36,189 bases of DNA from an uncultured Methanosarcinales archaeon (GCA_964604995.1 CAZSAD010000015.1:1-36189); one strand, 5' to 3'. Shown: positions 25,507 to 35,158, numbered from the stretch's first letter. The notes: generated by a model not told the origin, from the sequence alone. A program made the numbers and translations.

Positions 25507-26313
25507 TTATTTTTTTGGCTTCTCATCAATAAATCTTTTCATTCTGTGCACAAAATCATCAGCATCCCTATAGAATTTTTCATATTCCATACCATGAATT
25601 TCTTTTAATTTTCTATGCACTATCATTTTAGAAATCTTATAAAAATTATCCATTATAATTGCATATTTTTTTTCAAGTTTGCCTGTTTTAACTAATTTTT
25701 CATTTAATAAATCCCCAACATGGCTAGGTGTTGGTGGAACAATCCCATTTTTCATAAGTACTGCATGTGCTGAATCAATAACTGCCCAATAAAGATCTAA
25801 TATTGCCTGCAATAAATGCCCTTTAGAGCTCATTAAACTTCTTGGTGCCATTTCATAATAGCTCCAAATAGCTTCTTCGCTTGGTCTTAATCTTCCTTGA
25901 AACAATAAAACTTGCATTGGTGTGAAAAAACCAGTGTCAATCAAAGCAACACCTTCGCGCAAAATATTAACTCCAATAGGATCAGCACTTCTCATATACT
26001 GCCAAAATGTTGAAAATTTTATTGTGGTAACATGTATTTTTCTTGAAATTTCAACTATTATTCTTTCAACAATTAATCTATAAGCTTCAGAAACATTTTG
26101 ATCAATTACCATCGATGTATCATCAACAATAACAAGAAGATCTATATCATTGCCATGTTCCATTCTAGCTGTACTTCCAAATAAAACAACAGCTTTTAGA
26201 AATGCGCCAAACTCTTTATGTAATTTTTTTGTGAACTCATAAGCAATTGTGATATCTTGTTTATGGTATTTTTCAAGATTAGGATTTACTTTTTTAGTAG
26301 TTTTAAATTCCAT
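25507..26313 (-). CDS. Minimal nucleotidyltransferase (MNT)-HEPN fusion protein
   Basis: LFGSTAR...DIDLLVIVDD pol-beta motif; helical C-terminus YWAVIDSAHAVL...SHV typical of HEPN; GAGGAG RBS. Confidence 0.85.
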   Translation of the reverse strand: MEFKTTKKVNPNLEKYHKQDITIAYEFTKKLHKEFGAFLKAVVLFGSTARMEHGNDIDLLVIVDDTSMVIDQNVSEAYRLIVERIIVEISRKIHVTTIKFSTFWQYMRSADPIGVNILREGVALIDTGFFTPMQVLLFQGRLRPSEEAIWSYYEMAPRSLMSSKGHLLQAILDLYWAVIDSAHAVLMKNGIVPPTPSHVGDLLNEKLVKTGKLEKKYAIIMDNFYKISKMIVHRKLKEIHGMEYEKFYRDADDFVHRMKRFIDEKPKK

Positions 26314-26513
26314 TTATGCTCCTCTTTTTGTCTATTTAAATTATGGTTAATCTAAATCATAAGTTAATTTAAATCATAATTAAATAGATTAATTAACTCA
26401 AATCCCCCTTCTCAACGCTCTTCTCAATAAATAAGTAGGGGCATTTAATAAGTTTGTTCACTCTTTGATAATAGTTAAATTTCAAATTATTTAATAAATT
26501 TAAATTGTTCAGA

Positions 26514-27377
26514 TTATTTAAATTGTATTAAAGGCAAATTGTATTTTTTTCCATTTAAAACAAAGCTTTCTTTTCCAAAATTTTCAATTCTTTTTGTCAC
26601 ATTCAATTGTTTGCTAATTGTATTGTTACTAGTTGATAAAACTCCTTCATAGTAAATAGCATTGCCGCTAATTCTTGGATTAATAAGTAAATGTACATTT
26701 CCATCATCATAAATTACATAAGAATTTATAAGTTCTAAAATCTGGTTTACCATATTCATATCCGGGGATAATTTTTTAATCATCTCAAATCTGCTTTTAG
26801 CAATTTTTAAACTTTGAGCACATTCAAAACTATGTGGGCAATGGCTTATTAGTGCAACATCAAAATATCTCACAAAAATATTAATTTCTTTTGGAAAAAA
26901 ACTCTCTTTTACATCCCCAATAGTATTTTTAATTGAATTTTTCCAAGCAGGTATTACAAAATCATTATGTAATTTAGATTCTGTTTCAAAGTTTTTCGCA
27001 AAAAAATCAATGCAACAATCTGGATAACCAAGAATTTTTCCAAGATTTAAATGATCATTTTGTGATTCAAATTCTTTTGCTTTTAAACATTCATTTAAAT
27101 CTTTAGAAACATACACAAAATTATGTCCTTCATCTTTGTTTTGTATTCCTTTACTAGAATAATCCCCAGAAAACGCGAGTTTTACTTTAAAATCGCTTAA
27201 GGCAATAGATAAACTATTATTTGATACAAATTTTTTTACAGTATCGATTCTATCTTCGTGCAAAGCTATTCTTACAACCTTTTTTTGATTTTCAATAACA
27301 GATAATACTTCAATAGTTTTAATCATGCTTTGAAAAGCTTCAAATGCCTCATCAAAAATGCCCATATAAAATGGCAA
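26514..27377 (-). CDS. DUF483-like archaeal protein
   Basis: LGKILGYPDCCIDFF and HCPHSFEC-x2-S motifs. Confidence 0.7.
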   Translation of the reverse strand: MPFYMGIFDEAFEAFQSMIKTIEVLSVIENQKKVVRIALHEDRIDTVKKFVSNNSLSIALSDFKVKLAFSGDYSSKGIQNKDEGHNFVYVSKDLNECLKAKEFESQNDHLNLGKILGYPDCCIDFFAKNFETESKLHNDFVIPAWKNSIKNTIGDVKESFFPKEINIFVRYFDVALISHCPHSFECAQSLKIAKSRFEMIKKLSPDMNMVNQILELINSYVIYDDGNVHLLINPRISGNAIYYEGVLSTSNNTISKQLNVTKRIENFGKESFVLNGKKYNLPLIQFK

Positions 27378-27526
27378 TCAAAGCAGGTTTAAATTTATGA
27401 TGGTTTGTAGTGTTTATTTTAAGTATTATTTTAAGTATTTACATTAATTGTTTGTATTTTTGGATACTAAATTTTTAGGCCATAATGGAAAATTTTTTAT
27501 AACAATTAGTTAGTATCTACTGTAAA

Positions 27527-28129
27527 ATGGAAAAAGAAACCTGGATGAAAATAGCAATCATCTTAATTTTTATATTGGCTATTTTATCAACAATCTTTCT
27601 AATTAGGCCAGCAATAACGGGTTATTCAATTTACAGTGATATCAAAAAATCTAATCTAAGTGTAGACGATTATTCAAATGATTTGCAGTTGCTTAAAAAT
27701 CAATTAAGCATAACTAAAACAAATGCTTCAACATGTCAGGCAATAACTAGTCAAGTTCTTAGTGAACTTGTTTTATTGGGAGATAAAAATATACAATGTG
27801 CTAAGCAATTAGAAAAAGAATCTTCTCTTTTAGAAACAACAAAAGCAAGTTGCGATTTAAATAAAAAATCAACTGAAGAAAAGTGTGCATTAAACTTAGC
27901 ATCATCAGAACAAGACAAAAATGTGCAATTAGATGCACTAAGAAAAGAATTAGATTCTATGAATTCTGAACTTTCAAGCTATAAAACTTCTTATCTAACA
28001 GTTGTTAAAAACGCAGCACAAAATATATGTTGCAAAGCAAAAGTGGACAATTCAAATATTAACAGTTACACTATAACTAATAACAAAATTGTTTGTGTAA
28101 TAGACGGTGAAAACATAATTCAATGTTAA
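27527..28129 (+). CDS. Membrane-anchored coiled-coil protein with Cys-containing C-terminal knob
   Basis: N-terminal TM followed by ITGY, heptad-like region, and AAQNICCK...IVC...C terminus. Confidence 0.8.
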   Translation: MEKETWMKIAIILIFILAILSTIFLIRPAITGYSIYSDIKKSNLSVDDYSNDLQLLKNQLSITKTNASTCQAITSQVLSELVLLGDKNIQCAKQLEKESSLLETTKASCDLNKKSTEEKCALNLASSEQDKNVQLDALRKELDSMNSELSSYKTSYLTVVKNAAQNICCKAKVDNSNINSYTITNNKIVCVIDGENIIQC

Positions 28130-28163
28130 TAAAATTTTAAGTAACAATAATTTGAGGTGTGCA

Positions 28164-28547
28164 ATGACAAAAACAAAACCAATTAAAAATCCAAAAAAAA
28201 TATTATTTGTTTACAATTCAAATGATGGCATATATCAAAATTTTTTAGATACACTTTGGAGAATGAGTACACCAATAACTTATCCTTGTAATCTTGGTAG
28301 ATTAACACACAATCCTATTTTTCTAAAAAGTGAATGGAAAAAATTTCTATCAAAACTAGAGATGAAACCTGAATTCATGCATAAAAATACTTTTAAAAGT
28401 AAATATACTCAAATAAAATCAGAATTGCCCTCAATTTTTATCGTGGATGGGTTTGATATCAAACAAATAGTAAAAGCAAATGAAATAAAAGATTGCAATA
28501 ATTTAGATGATTTGATGGATTTACTTGTCGAAAAACTGCAAAAATAA
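28164..28547 (+). CDS. Conserved hypothetical protein (FVYN...TYPCxL family)
   Basis: ATG 28164 after GAGGTG; LFVYNSNDG...TYPCNL...EWKKF...LPSIF pattern. Confidence 0.7.
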   Translation: MTKTKPIKNPKKILFVYNSNDGIYQNFLDTLWRMSTPITYPCNLGRLTHNPIFLKSEWKKFLSKLEMKPEFMHKNTFKSKYTQIKSELPSIFIVDGFDIKQIVKANEIKDCNNLDDLMDLLVEKLQK

Positions 28548-28579
28548 ATTCCCAATCAATATTTTTTATTTACTCATTC

Positions 28580-29131
28580 TTATTTTTTCATATAAGTTGA
28601 AATTGTTGTCCCATCTAATATAAATGAACTTATTTTTTTCATATCATGCGGCTGATATTCAAAGCCATAAACCATTAAAAGTGCTTCATCTCTCATTTCT
28701 CTAGTTAGTTTATCTTGCAATCCGCGATGAAAAGGTCTATCGGGATTAACATAAATAAAATCATACTCTTTTAAATGGTGCAAATCAAAATCTCCATGTA
28801 TAATTTCTGCTTTGTTTAAATGAGAAATATGTGAAAGTTTTGTTTTTATTCTATTTGCATGGTGTACTAAATCTGAATCAATTTCCATTCCTTTTGAATT
28901 AGGCCCAAAAAGCGATGCAATTAATACTACTTTACCATCGCCAGCTCCCAAATCAAAGAAATTTTTGAATCTTTCAAGTTTGACTCTTTTAAAAGCATTA
29001 AAAACTTCATTAGCAACACTTGGCCCCCAAAATCCTTTCCCAGTATCTCTTAGTGGAAGTTTTCCTTGGGATATCAATTCTTTATAAAAATCATCATAAG
29101 CCTTTTTTATTTCCAAGAAATGCTGTTCCAT
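28580..29131 (-). CDS. Class I SAM-dependent methyltransferase (DOT1/protein-lysine MTase-like)
   Basis: FFDLGAGDGKVV motif I, GMEID, IIHGDF, DFIYVNP. Confidence 0.82.
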   Translation of the reverse strand: MEQHFLEIKKAYDDFYKELISQGKLPLRDTGKGFWGPSVANEVFNAFKRVKLERFKNFFDLGAGDGKVVLIASLFGPNSKGMEIDSDLVHHANRIKTKLSHISHLNKAEIIHGDFDLHHLKEYDFIYVNPDRPFHRGLQDKLTREMRDEALLMVYGFEYQPHDMKKISSFILDGTTISTYMKK

Positions 29132-29162
29132 AATATCTTTTTATAATCATTTCTTTAAATTA

Positions 29163-31133
29163 TTAATTTTTTAAATATTGGTTAATTATTTTTAATAAAT
29201 TTTCAGTTTCATATGGTTTTGTTAAAACATTACTCATTCCCCCATCAATAAACTCTTTTATTTGCTCAGGGAGTGCATAACCAGTTACTGCAATAATTGG
29301 AATCTTGTATCCTTTTTCGTGAAGTTTTTTCATTGCTTCAATTCCATTTAATTTTGGCATGTTAATATCCATAAATATCATATCAAATGGTTTACCTTGG
29401 GCAGTTGCCTCTTCAACTTTTTTGATTGCATCCACACCATCTTCAGCAAGTCCTATATCATAATTTAATTTTTCAAGTCTTTTTTTATATAGGATACGAT
29501 TGACTAGTTCATCATCTACACAAAGTATTGAATATTTAGAATTTACATTTAATTTTTGAGTATCTATTTCTTTTATACCCTGGGTTGTTAAAAAGTCAGA
29601 GGTATTTACTTTAAGGGGTACTGTAAAATAAAATTTTGAACCTTTGCCATATTCACTCTCTACCTTTATGGTATCTCCCTCCATTAATTTAACAAGATTT
29701 TTTGAAATAGAAAGTCCCAACCCTGTCCCTTGGTAAGTTTTTGATTTTGAACTATCAATCTGAGTAAATTGTTCAAATATATATTCCAGCTTATCATTTT
29801 TTAGTCCTATTCCCGTGTCGGTTATTGAAACTAGACAATTAAGAATTCCTTTATCATTTTCTTTTCCTAATACTTCAAGTGAGACATATCCTTTATCAGT
29901 AAATTTAACTGCATTTCCAACAATATTAGTAATAACTTGTCTTAAATGTTGTTCATCACCAACTACCATATCAATGCTGTTTCCTGCAATATCTCTAATG
30001 TTATAAACTGTTTTAATTTCAATTTCTTTCTTTTTTATCATAGGGTGCATTAGTGCCATTACATCCATAGTAAGATTGTATAAATTAAATGGCTGGTTAC
30101 TTATAGTTACTGCGCCCGCTTCGATTTTTGAAAAGTCTAAAATATCATTTACAATAGTTGTTAATGCTTTGCCTGAATGGTATATCAGTTCGACATTTTC
30201 TTTTTGATCTGCATTAAGGCCATCTTTCAATAAGATCTCTGTTAACCCAATTATTCCATTTAATGGATTTCTTAATTCATGGGACATATTTGCCAGGAAA
30301 ATACTTTTAGCGCTATTTGCAGCAGTAGCAATTTCTTGTGCGAGTTTTATTTTTTCTTCTGCTTTATTATGTGCTGTCAAATCATCAAGTGCATAAAATA
30401 CATTCATCGGCTTACCATCATCAGAATTAAGTACATGTCCACTAAGTTCGATGTTTCTTAAATCCCCATTTTTGCAAATAATATCTAAACTCACTCCTAA
30501 AACTTGACCTTGTTCTTTGATATATTCAAATTGTGTAGGAAATGCTTGTTTATATTTCTCAGGTAATATATCTGTAAATGATTTTCCAATAAGTTCACTA
30601 CGCAAATATCCTGTTATTGCTAAAAATTGCTCATTAATATTTACAAATTTTCCATCCATATCAAGTGACTGAACAGCTTTTATATCTTGTTTGAAAAGTG
30701 CTTCATAATGTTCTCTTTCAGTGCGTTCATAGAACATTGCTTTATGAATAAGTTTAGTATACTCTGATAATGTTGGGGCTTCAGTAATAAGTATATCATT
30801 TCTTAAGCGAACATCAATTACTCTTTTTTTATGTATATCAGATGCATGAATATTTTTGACAAGCAAAAGAGAATTATTGTCAGCAGAAAGTACATATGCT
30901 GTTTTATGTGTATTTCCCTCTTTGATTAAATCTAATCCGGATACCTCTCCTAAATTTTCACTGATAAATGCAATATCTGGAGCGTGAGTATCAGAATTAA
31001 GATATTCACGAGCTTGTGAAGCATCAGAAACAATATTTATTGTAAATTCATTTTTATCCAATCTTTCTGCTATTATATTTGCATCTACTAAATTGCTATC
31101 TGCAATAAGAACTTCTAATTTTGATGCAATCAT
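29163..31133 (-). CDS. Cytoplasmic hybrid sensor histidine kinase (pseudo-REC, PAS, HisKA, HATPase_c, REC)
   Basis: FLANMSHELRNPLNGI H-box, NIVGNAVKFT N-box, DTGIG, GTGLGL, C-terminal IFMDINMPKLNG...LTKP; GGAGGAG RBS. Confidence 0.95.
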   Translation of the reverse strand: MIASKLEVLIADSNLVDANIIAERLDKNEFTINIVSDASQAREYLNSDTHAPDIAFISENLGEVSGLDLIKEGNTHKTAYVLSADNNSLLLVKNIHASDIHKKRVIDVRLRNDILITEAPTLSEYTKLIHKAMFYERTEREHYEALFKQDIKAVQSLDMDGKFVNINEQFLAITGYLRSELIGKSFTDILPEKYKQAFPTQFEYIKEQGQVLGVSLDIICKNGDLRNIELSGHVLNSDDGKPMNVFYALDDLTAHNKAEEKIKLAQEIATAANSAKSIFLANMSHELRNPLNGIIGLTEILLKDGLNADQKENVELIYHSGKALTTIVNDILDFSKIEAGAVTISNQPFNLYNLTMDVMALMHPMIKKKEIEIKTVYNIRDIAGNSIDMVVGDEQHLRQVITNIVGNAVKFTDKGYVSLEVLGKENDKGILNCLVSITDTGIGLKNDKLEYIFEQFTQIDSSKSKTYQGTGLGLSISKNLVKLMEGDTIKVESEYGKGSKFYFTVPLKVNTSDFLTTQGIKEIDTQKLNVNSKYSILCVDDELVNRILYKKRLEKLNYDIGLAEDGVDAIKKVEEATAQGKPFDMIFMDINMPKLNGIEAMKKLHEKGYKIPIIAVTGYALPEQIKEFIDGGMSNVLTKPYETENLLKIINQYLKN

Positions 31134-31290
31134 TAAACTCCTCCCTATTACTTTTGTTAGGTTTATTACATACTCTAATTCTTAAGCAATTGTTCTACTC
31201 TAACTTTCAAGCAATTATTGTATATTTAGTACCTTAGTAGTTTGGGGATATTGAATATGCTGCTAATAATCTGTTTCTATTTTCGTTATA

Positions 31291-31433
31291 ATTAAGACTT
31301 TTAACTAATTAAGTAATAATATCAATAAAATCTTTAAATTATAATAATACTTGGTTGAGAATTTTAACCAATTATCATATCCTAGTGGTTGAAAATTTCA
31401 ATTAATTACCCTATTTTAGTTAAAAATTTTAAC
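31291..31433. promoter_or_regulatory. Array of 15-bp palindromic operator-like sites
   Basis: ATTAAGACTTTTAAC 31291, GTTGAGAATTTTAAC 31354, GTTGAAAATTTCAAT 31388 and GTTAAAAATTTTAAC 31419, in a divergent intergenic region. Confidence 0.6.
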
Positions 31434-31569
31434 ACCAAAAAAGAATCTCCATTTGAATGATCTTTTTTATACTTTTCTTGTCACAGTAAAAACTATAATT
31501 AGCATCGCTATATCATTTTATTAACCAACTACAGCAAATTATTTATAATCCCTTTATAACAAAATCCAT

Positions 31570-32298
31570 ATGCCATTTATTGAAATACTAAGTGCTGTCG
31601 GATTGTATATTTGGGATGCGTTTAAACTATGGCTTCATACAATATTTGTCGCACCCTTTAGTAATTTAGATATGTTTTGGATTCTAGCACCAATATATCT
31701 TGGTTGGGTATTCGCAGATTTTTTTCAAGAAAAAAGAGGAACTTCTTTGGGTAATGCCATTTCCAATGGAGTAATTGCTCTTTGGGCAGGAGTGGATTGG
31801 CTAAGAAATACTTTTAGATTAGTTCAAGCAGACCCTAAAATTTCATGGACATTTTATATGGGGCACTTTCTTTTATGTTTATTCGTTTTTGCATACGGTC
31901 TTTGGATTATTTTTGAAGGAATTCAAGGAAAAATTCTTACAAAATATATAGGTAGGATAAGGGAGGTAACTTATGTATTAATTCTATTCACCCCCGTTGT
32001 TTATGGTGTAACAGAATTGACATTTTCTTTAATATTTGCAACAGTTATTTTCTTTCCTTTATTTTACTATGCTGTGGAAGTATTGGACTTTATGATTCCT
32101 GATCCAAAATCAATAGCTGAAGATACCGGCGCAACACTTACTGGTTCAAATAAATCTGAAAGCAAATCTTCTTTTGATTCTTCATCTAATAGCGATCCAT
32201 TTTCATCGTCTACAAATACGTCTAATTCAAAAAATAAAGATCCATTTGCAAGCTCTAATAATAATCCCTTTGGTGGCAAGGATGATTTTAAATTCTAA
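31570..32298 (+). CDS. Multi-pass membrane protein with Ser-rich DPF-containing tail
   Basis: About 5-6 hydrophobic segments; FFQEKRGTSLGNAISNG; low-complexity C-terminus. Confidence 0.82.
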   Translation: MPFIEILSAVGLYIWDAFKLWLHTIFVAPFSNLDMFWILAPIYLGWVFADFFQEKRGTSLGNAISNGVIALWAGVDWLRNTFRLVQADPKISWTFYMGHFLLCLFVFAYGLWIIFEGIQGKILTKYIGRIREVTYVLILFTPVVYGVTELTFSLIFATVIFFPLFYYAVEVLDFMIPDPKSIAEDTGATLTGSNKSESKSSFDSSSNSDPFSSSTNTSNSKNKDPFASSNNNPFGGKDDFKF

Positions 32299-32388
32299 AT
32301 TAAAAGTTCGTGAGGCTAAGCAAATGCCTCACTTAACTGGCGTTTCAATCGAGCCTCCAATTGGATGATTTTAAATTCTAAATTAAAA
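32280..32388 (+). repeat. 26-bp perfect direct repeat flanking a 57-bp structured insert
   Basis: ggatgattttaaattctaaattaaaa at 32280..32305 and 32363..32388. Confidence 0.95.
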
Positions 32389-32484
32389 TAAGAAGTTCGC
32401 TAGGTTGAAGCAAAGCGTAAACCTAGCTTAAATAAGGTGCGAGCTGACTTTTCAGCTCTGCCGTATCAAACGAGGCTCCATTTG
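32304..32484. other. Two related GC-rich hairpin elements (REP-like or structured ncRNA candidates)
   Basis: Both have AAGTTC-hairpin(loop containing AAGCAAA)-TTAA plus a 26-nt block with 21/26 identity (32338..32363 vs 32459..32484). Confidence 0.7.
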
Positions 32485-32486
32485 TT

Positions 32487-34652
32487 TTATTCCATTGGTA
32501 CGCCAGACCAAAGTGTCCAATCATTTGATGGAGCATAAGCGCCAAATGTGAAATAAGGTGAAACAGTTTGTCCCATATAACTTCCTTGTACTTCTGTCCA
32601 AGACCTGTTTGGTGCGCCCATTCTCATGCCGCCGCCAAGGCCTGCTGCATAAACACTGCTTCCCATATATCTCCATGTTTGCATAAGTCCATAAAAATCT
32701 CCTTCATCAGTTGTTGCAGCAGCGCCAGGTTCAACAGTAATTGCACCCTTATAATGATGTTTTTTCAAAATCTGTAACATTTCTTTTACAGGTGCATTTC
32801 CTTGTCCAGGAGATAAATGTTCATCTTCGTATCCTAAATTATCTGATAAATGGATATTACCAATCATTCCTTTTGAAGCTAATTTTTCAACATTGGTTAG
32901 TATCCATTTTCTAAATTTTTCATCATTTTGCTCTTCATTTAATTTTGGATCTCTTATGTAAAATTTCTTCCAAACATTAATATGTCCAGTATCAAATGTT
33001 GCTTTAAGATGCAAACTTGCAAGTCTTTCAGCTTCTTCTCTTGAAACATTACGATAATGCTCGTTTTCCTTTTTTACAGTTATATATTTTTTATGTTCAC
33101 TATCCCACTTAACAGTTTCTATTTCTTTTTGAGTAAGTAAATTAACCATCTTTTTTCTTGAGCCTTCAATTAATTCAATTAATTCTTCAGGATGTCCACC
33201 AAATCTATCGGGGAATATATTTTCCATAGTAACAGTAACAGGATTTTTTTTATCTTTGGTTTTTTCCATTGCATAAATTCCAGCTTCAGCATAACCTGAA
33301 TATCCTGCCGAATACATTCTTTTTCTTGACGAAAGCATCCATCTTCTGGTTTCAGCAGTATCCATTGCTTGCTGTTCTTGAGAAGTTGCTGCTTGATATT
33401 GGTATTCCATATTATGTCTTGCTTCTTTTATTTGTCTATCAATAAGTTCAACAATATCAATTTCTCCTGGCTGAATTAATCCACGACTGTAAGAAGTTAG
33501 TTCAGTATCTTGTTGCATTACTTTCCAAAGTTCTTCTTTTGGCATTTTTGATTTTAATTCTTGATATTTTGTTTTCAAAGTTTCAAGTTTATTTACAACT
33601 TGTTGATAAGTTTCAAATCCTCTTGCATATTGCAAAGCCCATCCTCTTGCGTGGCCTTCTTGTGTTTCAAGCGTTGCTTTAATGTAAACTTCCTCGGGAT
33701 ATTCTAATTCTTCAGGTCTTAGCTGTCTTCCAAATTTTTTTTCAAGTGCCCTATTTCTTTCTTCAGCTTCTTTTACAAAATCATCAAAATGTAACATTTC
33801 AACTTTGAATCTTCCTTTATCTATATCATATTCAGGAACTCTTCCTTTAGTTGCACTATAAGGATCTATTATTTTGCGATTTTCATAGTCAATATAATCT
33901 CCTCTACGGATATGAATTGGTCTTCCTTCTTGATCAGTGCCATCATAATCTTCTTTTGCACGAAGCCAAACTGCTCTAGCTACTAATCTGTCTTTTTGTA
34001 CAGTTGTTATAACCTGTCCAGTTCTATCATCAATAACTGGAAACTGAGCATCATCAGGTTCAGTAAAATATTTTTTGAACATTAATCTTCCATTTTCATC
34101 TCTTGCCCATTTCTGAGCTGAAATTGGTCTTTCGTATTCTCCAGTATGAACAACAACACTTCCACCGCCAGCAGTATCAGCTGCAAACTCAATTGCTTTT
34201 TTAACTTCATCAACAGCCATTTTTTGATGCGTCCATGAAAAATTACCATGTCCATCAGCGCCAGTAAGTCCCATTACACCAAATGATGCATGCGTTGTAA
34301 ATTTAACATCATTTGCTCTTCTAACTTCTTCAAGGGCCCGTCTTTGGTCAACACCATATTGTTCAGGTGTTTGAGAATTTCTGCTTCCATGAACTGCTCC
34401 TGGGAATTGGATTTCTAATGCTTGTGTTCCTGATCTAATTTTTGCTTGAATGCCATGCACATTAGCTGCAGCAATTCCCATCGGTACTGACATTCCAATA
34501 TCTTTAACACCATAGCCAACTTCATCAGGAATGGAAGATTCAGGTGGGATTGCTTGCATATTTTCAGTTTTCAAAGCTATTTCATATCCATCTTCAGCAG
34601 TTTCATGATATGCTCTATCCATTGGTGAATAATAATCTGTGTTAAATATCAT
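32487..34652 (-). CDS. Xylose isomerase-like/AP endonuclease 2 TIM-barrel protein with large insertion
   Basis: TTHAS, VVVHTGE, MENIF, TFDTGH, IHLSDN...DEHLSPG-x-G and VEPG metal-ligand motifs. Confidence 0.85.
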   Translation of the reverse strand: MIFNTDYYSPMDRAYHETAEDGYEIALKTENMQAIPPESSIPDEVGYGVKDIGMSVPMGIAAANVHGIQAKIRSGTQALEIQFPGAVHGSRNSQTPEQYGVDQRRALEEVRRANDVKFTTHASFGVMGLTGADGHGNFSWTHQKMAVDEVKKAIEFAADTAGGGSVVVHTGEYERPISAQKWARDENGRLMFKKYFTEPDDAQFPVIDDRTGQVITTVQKDRLVARAVWLRAKEDYDGTDQEGRPIHIRRGDYIDYENRKIIDPYSATKGRVPEYDIDKGRFKVEMLHFDDFVKEAEERNRALEKKFGRQLRPEELEYPEEVYIKATLETQEGHARGWALQYARGFETYQQVVNKLETLKTKYQELKSKMPKEELWKVMQQDTELTSYSRGLIQPGEIDIVELIDRQIKEARHNMEYQYQAATSQEQQAMDTAETRRWMLSSRKRMYSAGYSGYAEAGIYAMEKTKDKKNPVTVTMENIFPDRFGGHPEELIELIEGSRKKMVNLLTQKEIETVKWDSEHKKYITVKKENEHYRNVSREEAERLASLHLKATFDTGHINVWKKFYIRDPKLNEEQNDEKFRKWILTNVEKLASKGMIGNIHLSDNLGYEDEHLSPGQGNAPVKEMLQILKKHHYKGAITVEPGAAATTDEGDFYGLMQTWRYMGSSVYAAGLGGGMRMGAPNRSWTEVQGSYMGQTVSPYFTFGAYAPSNDWTLWSGVPME

Positions 34653-34666
34653 CTTATCATTTTCCT

Positions 34667-35158
34667 CTAAAGCCCCATATTTTTTTTCATGTTATACAAA
34701 ACTGATCTTGTTATAACCAGTTGATTTGCAACATCTTTACTCATATTTGAATAATCCATTTTGCTTGCAATATTATTTATTCTGTCTTGAACTTTATACA
34801 ATGCATCTTTTAATTTGCCACCATCTTTTTCTTCAGCTATTTTACTAAGTAGTTTATAATCAAGCATTAATTCATATTTTACAGTTTCTTCATCAACTTT
34901 AGGAGGAGCTTCCCTTGCTATTACTGCTTCAAGCTCTTGTCCTTTAATTTTAAATAAATCGCTTATTTCAATAGGTTCAGACTCTGGAACCTCTACATTT
35001 TCGAATGCTTTTCTTTTTCTATCTTCATCTAAACTTTCTTTTAATAATTTTGATGTTTCATCTAATTCTTTTTTTCTTTTCTCTTCAAGTTCTTTTAGCT
35101 TTTCAAGTCTTTCTTTGAGTGGAAGTTTTCTGATTTCATCAAAATTTTCTTCTGCCAT
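34667..35158 (-). CDS. Coiled-coil hypothetical protein
   Basis: Charged helical protein, ATG 35158, 14 nt from the next gene (probable operon). Confidence 0.75.
   Translation of the reverse strand: MAEENFDEIRKLPLKERLEKLKELEEKRKKELDETSKLLKESLDEDRKRKAFENVEVPESEPIEISDLFKIKGQELEAVIAREAPPKVDEETVKYELMLDYKLLSKIAEEKDGGKLKDALYKVQDRINNIASKMDYSNMSKDVANQLVITRSVLYNMKKNMGL

Noticed and set aside
31291..31433. Replication origin (ORB elements)
   Set aside because: No G-string or ORB consensus and no adjacent cdc6/orc1.
32280..32388. Mini CRISPR array
   Set aside because: Only two repeats, overlapping a coding 3' end; the 57-nt spacer is itself homologous to the adjacent element; no cas genes in the window.
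32304..32484. tRNA or hammerhead ribozyme
   Set aside because: No cloverleaf with a T-loop in the proper context and no CUGANGA/GAAA core on either strand.
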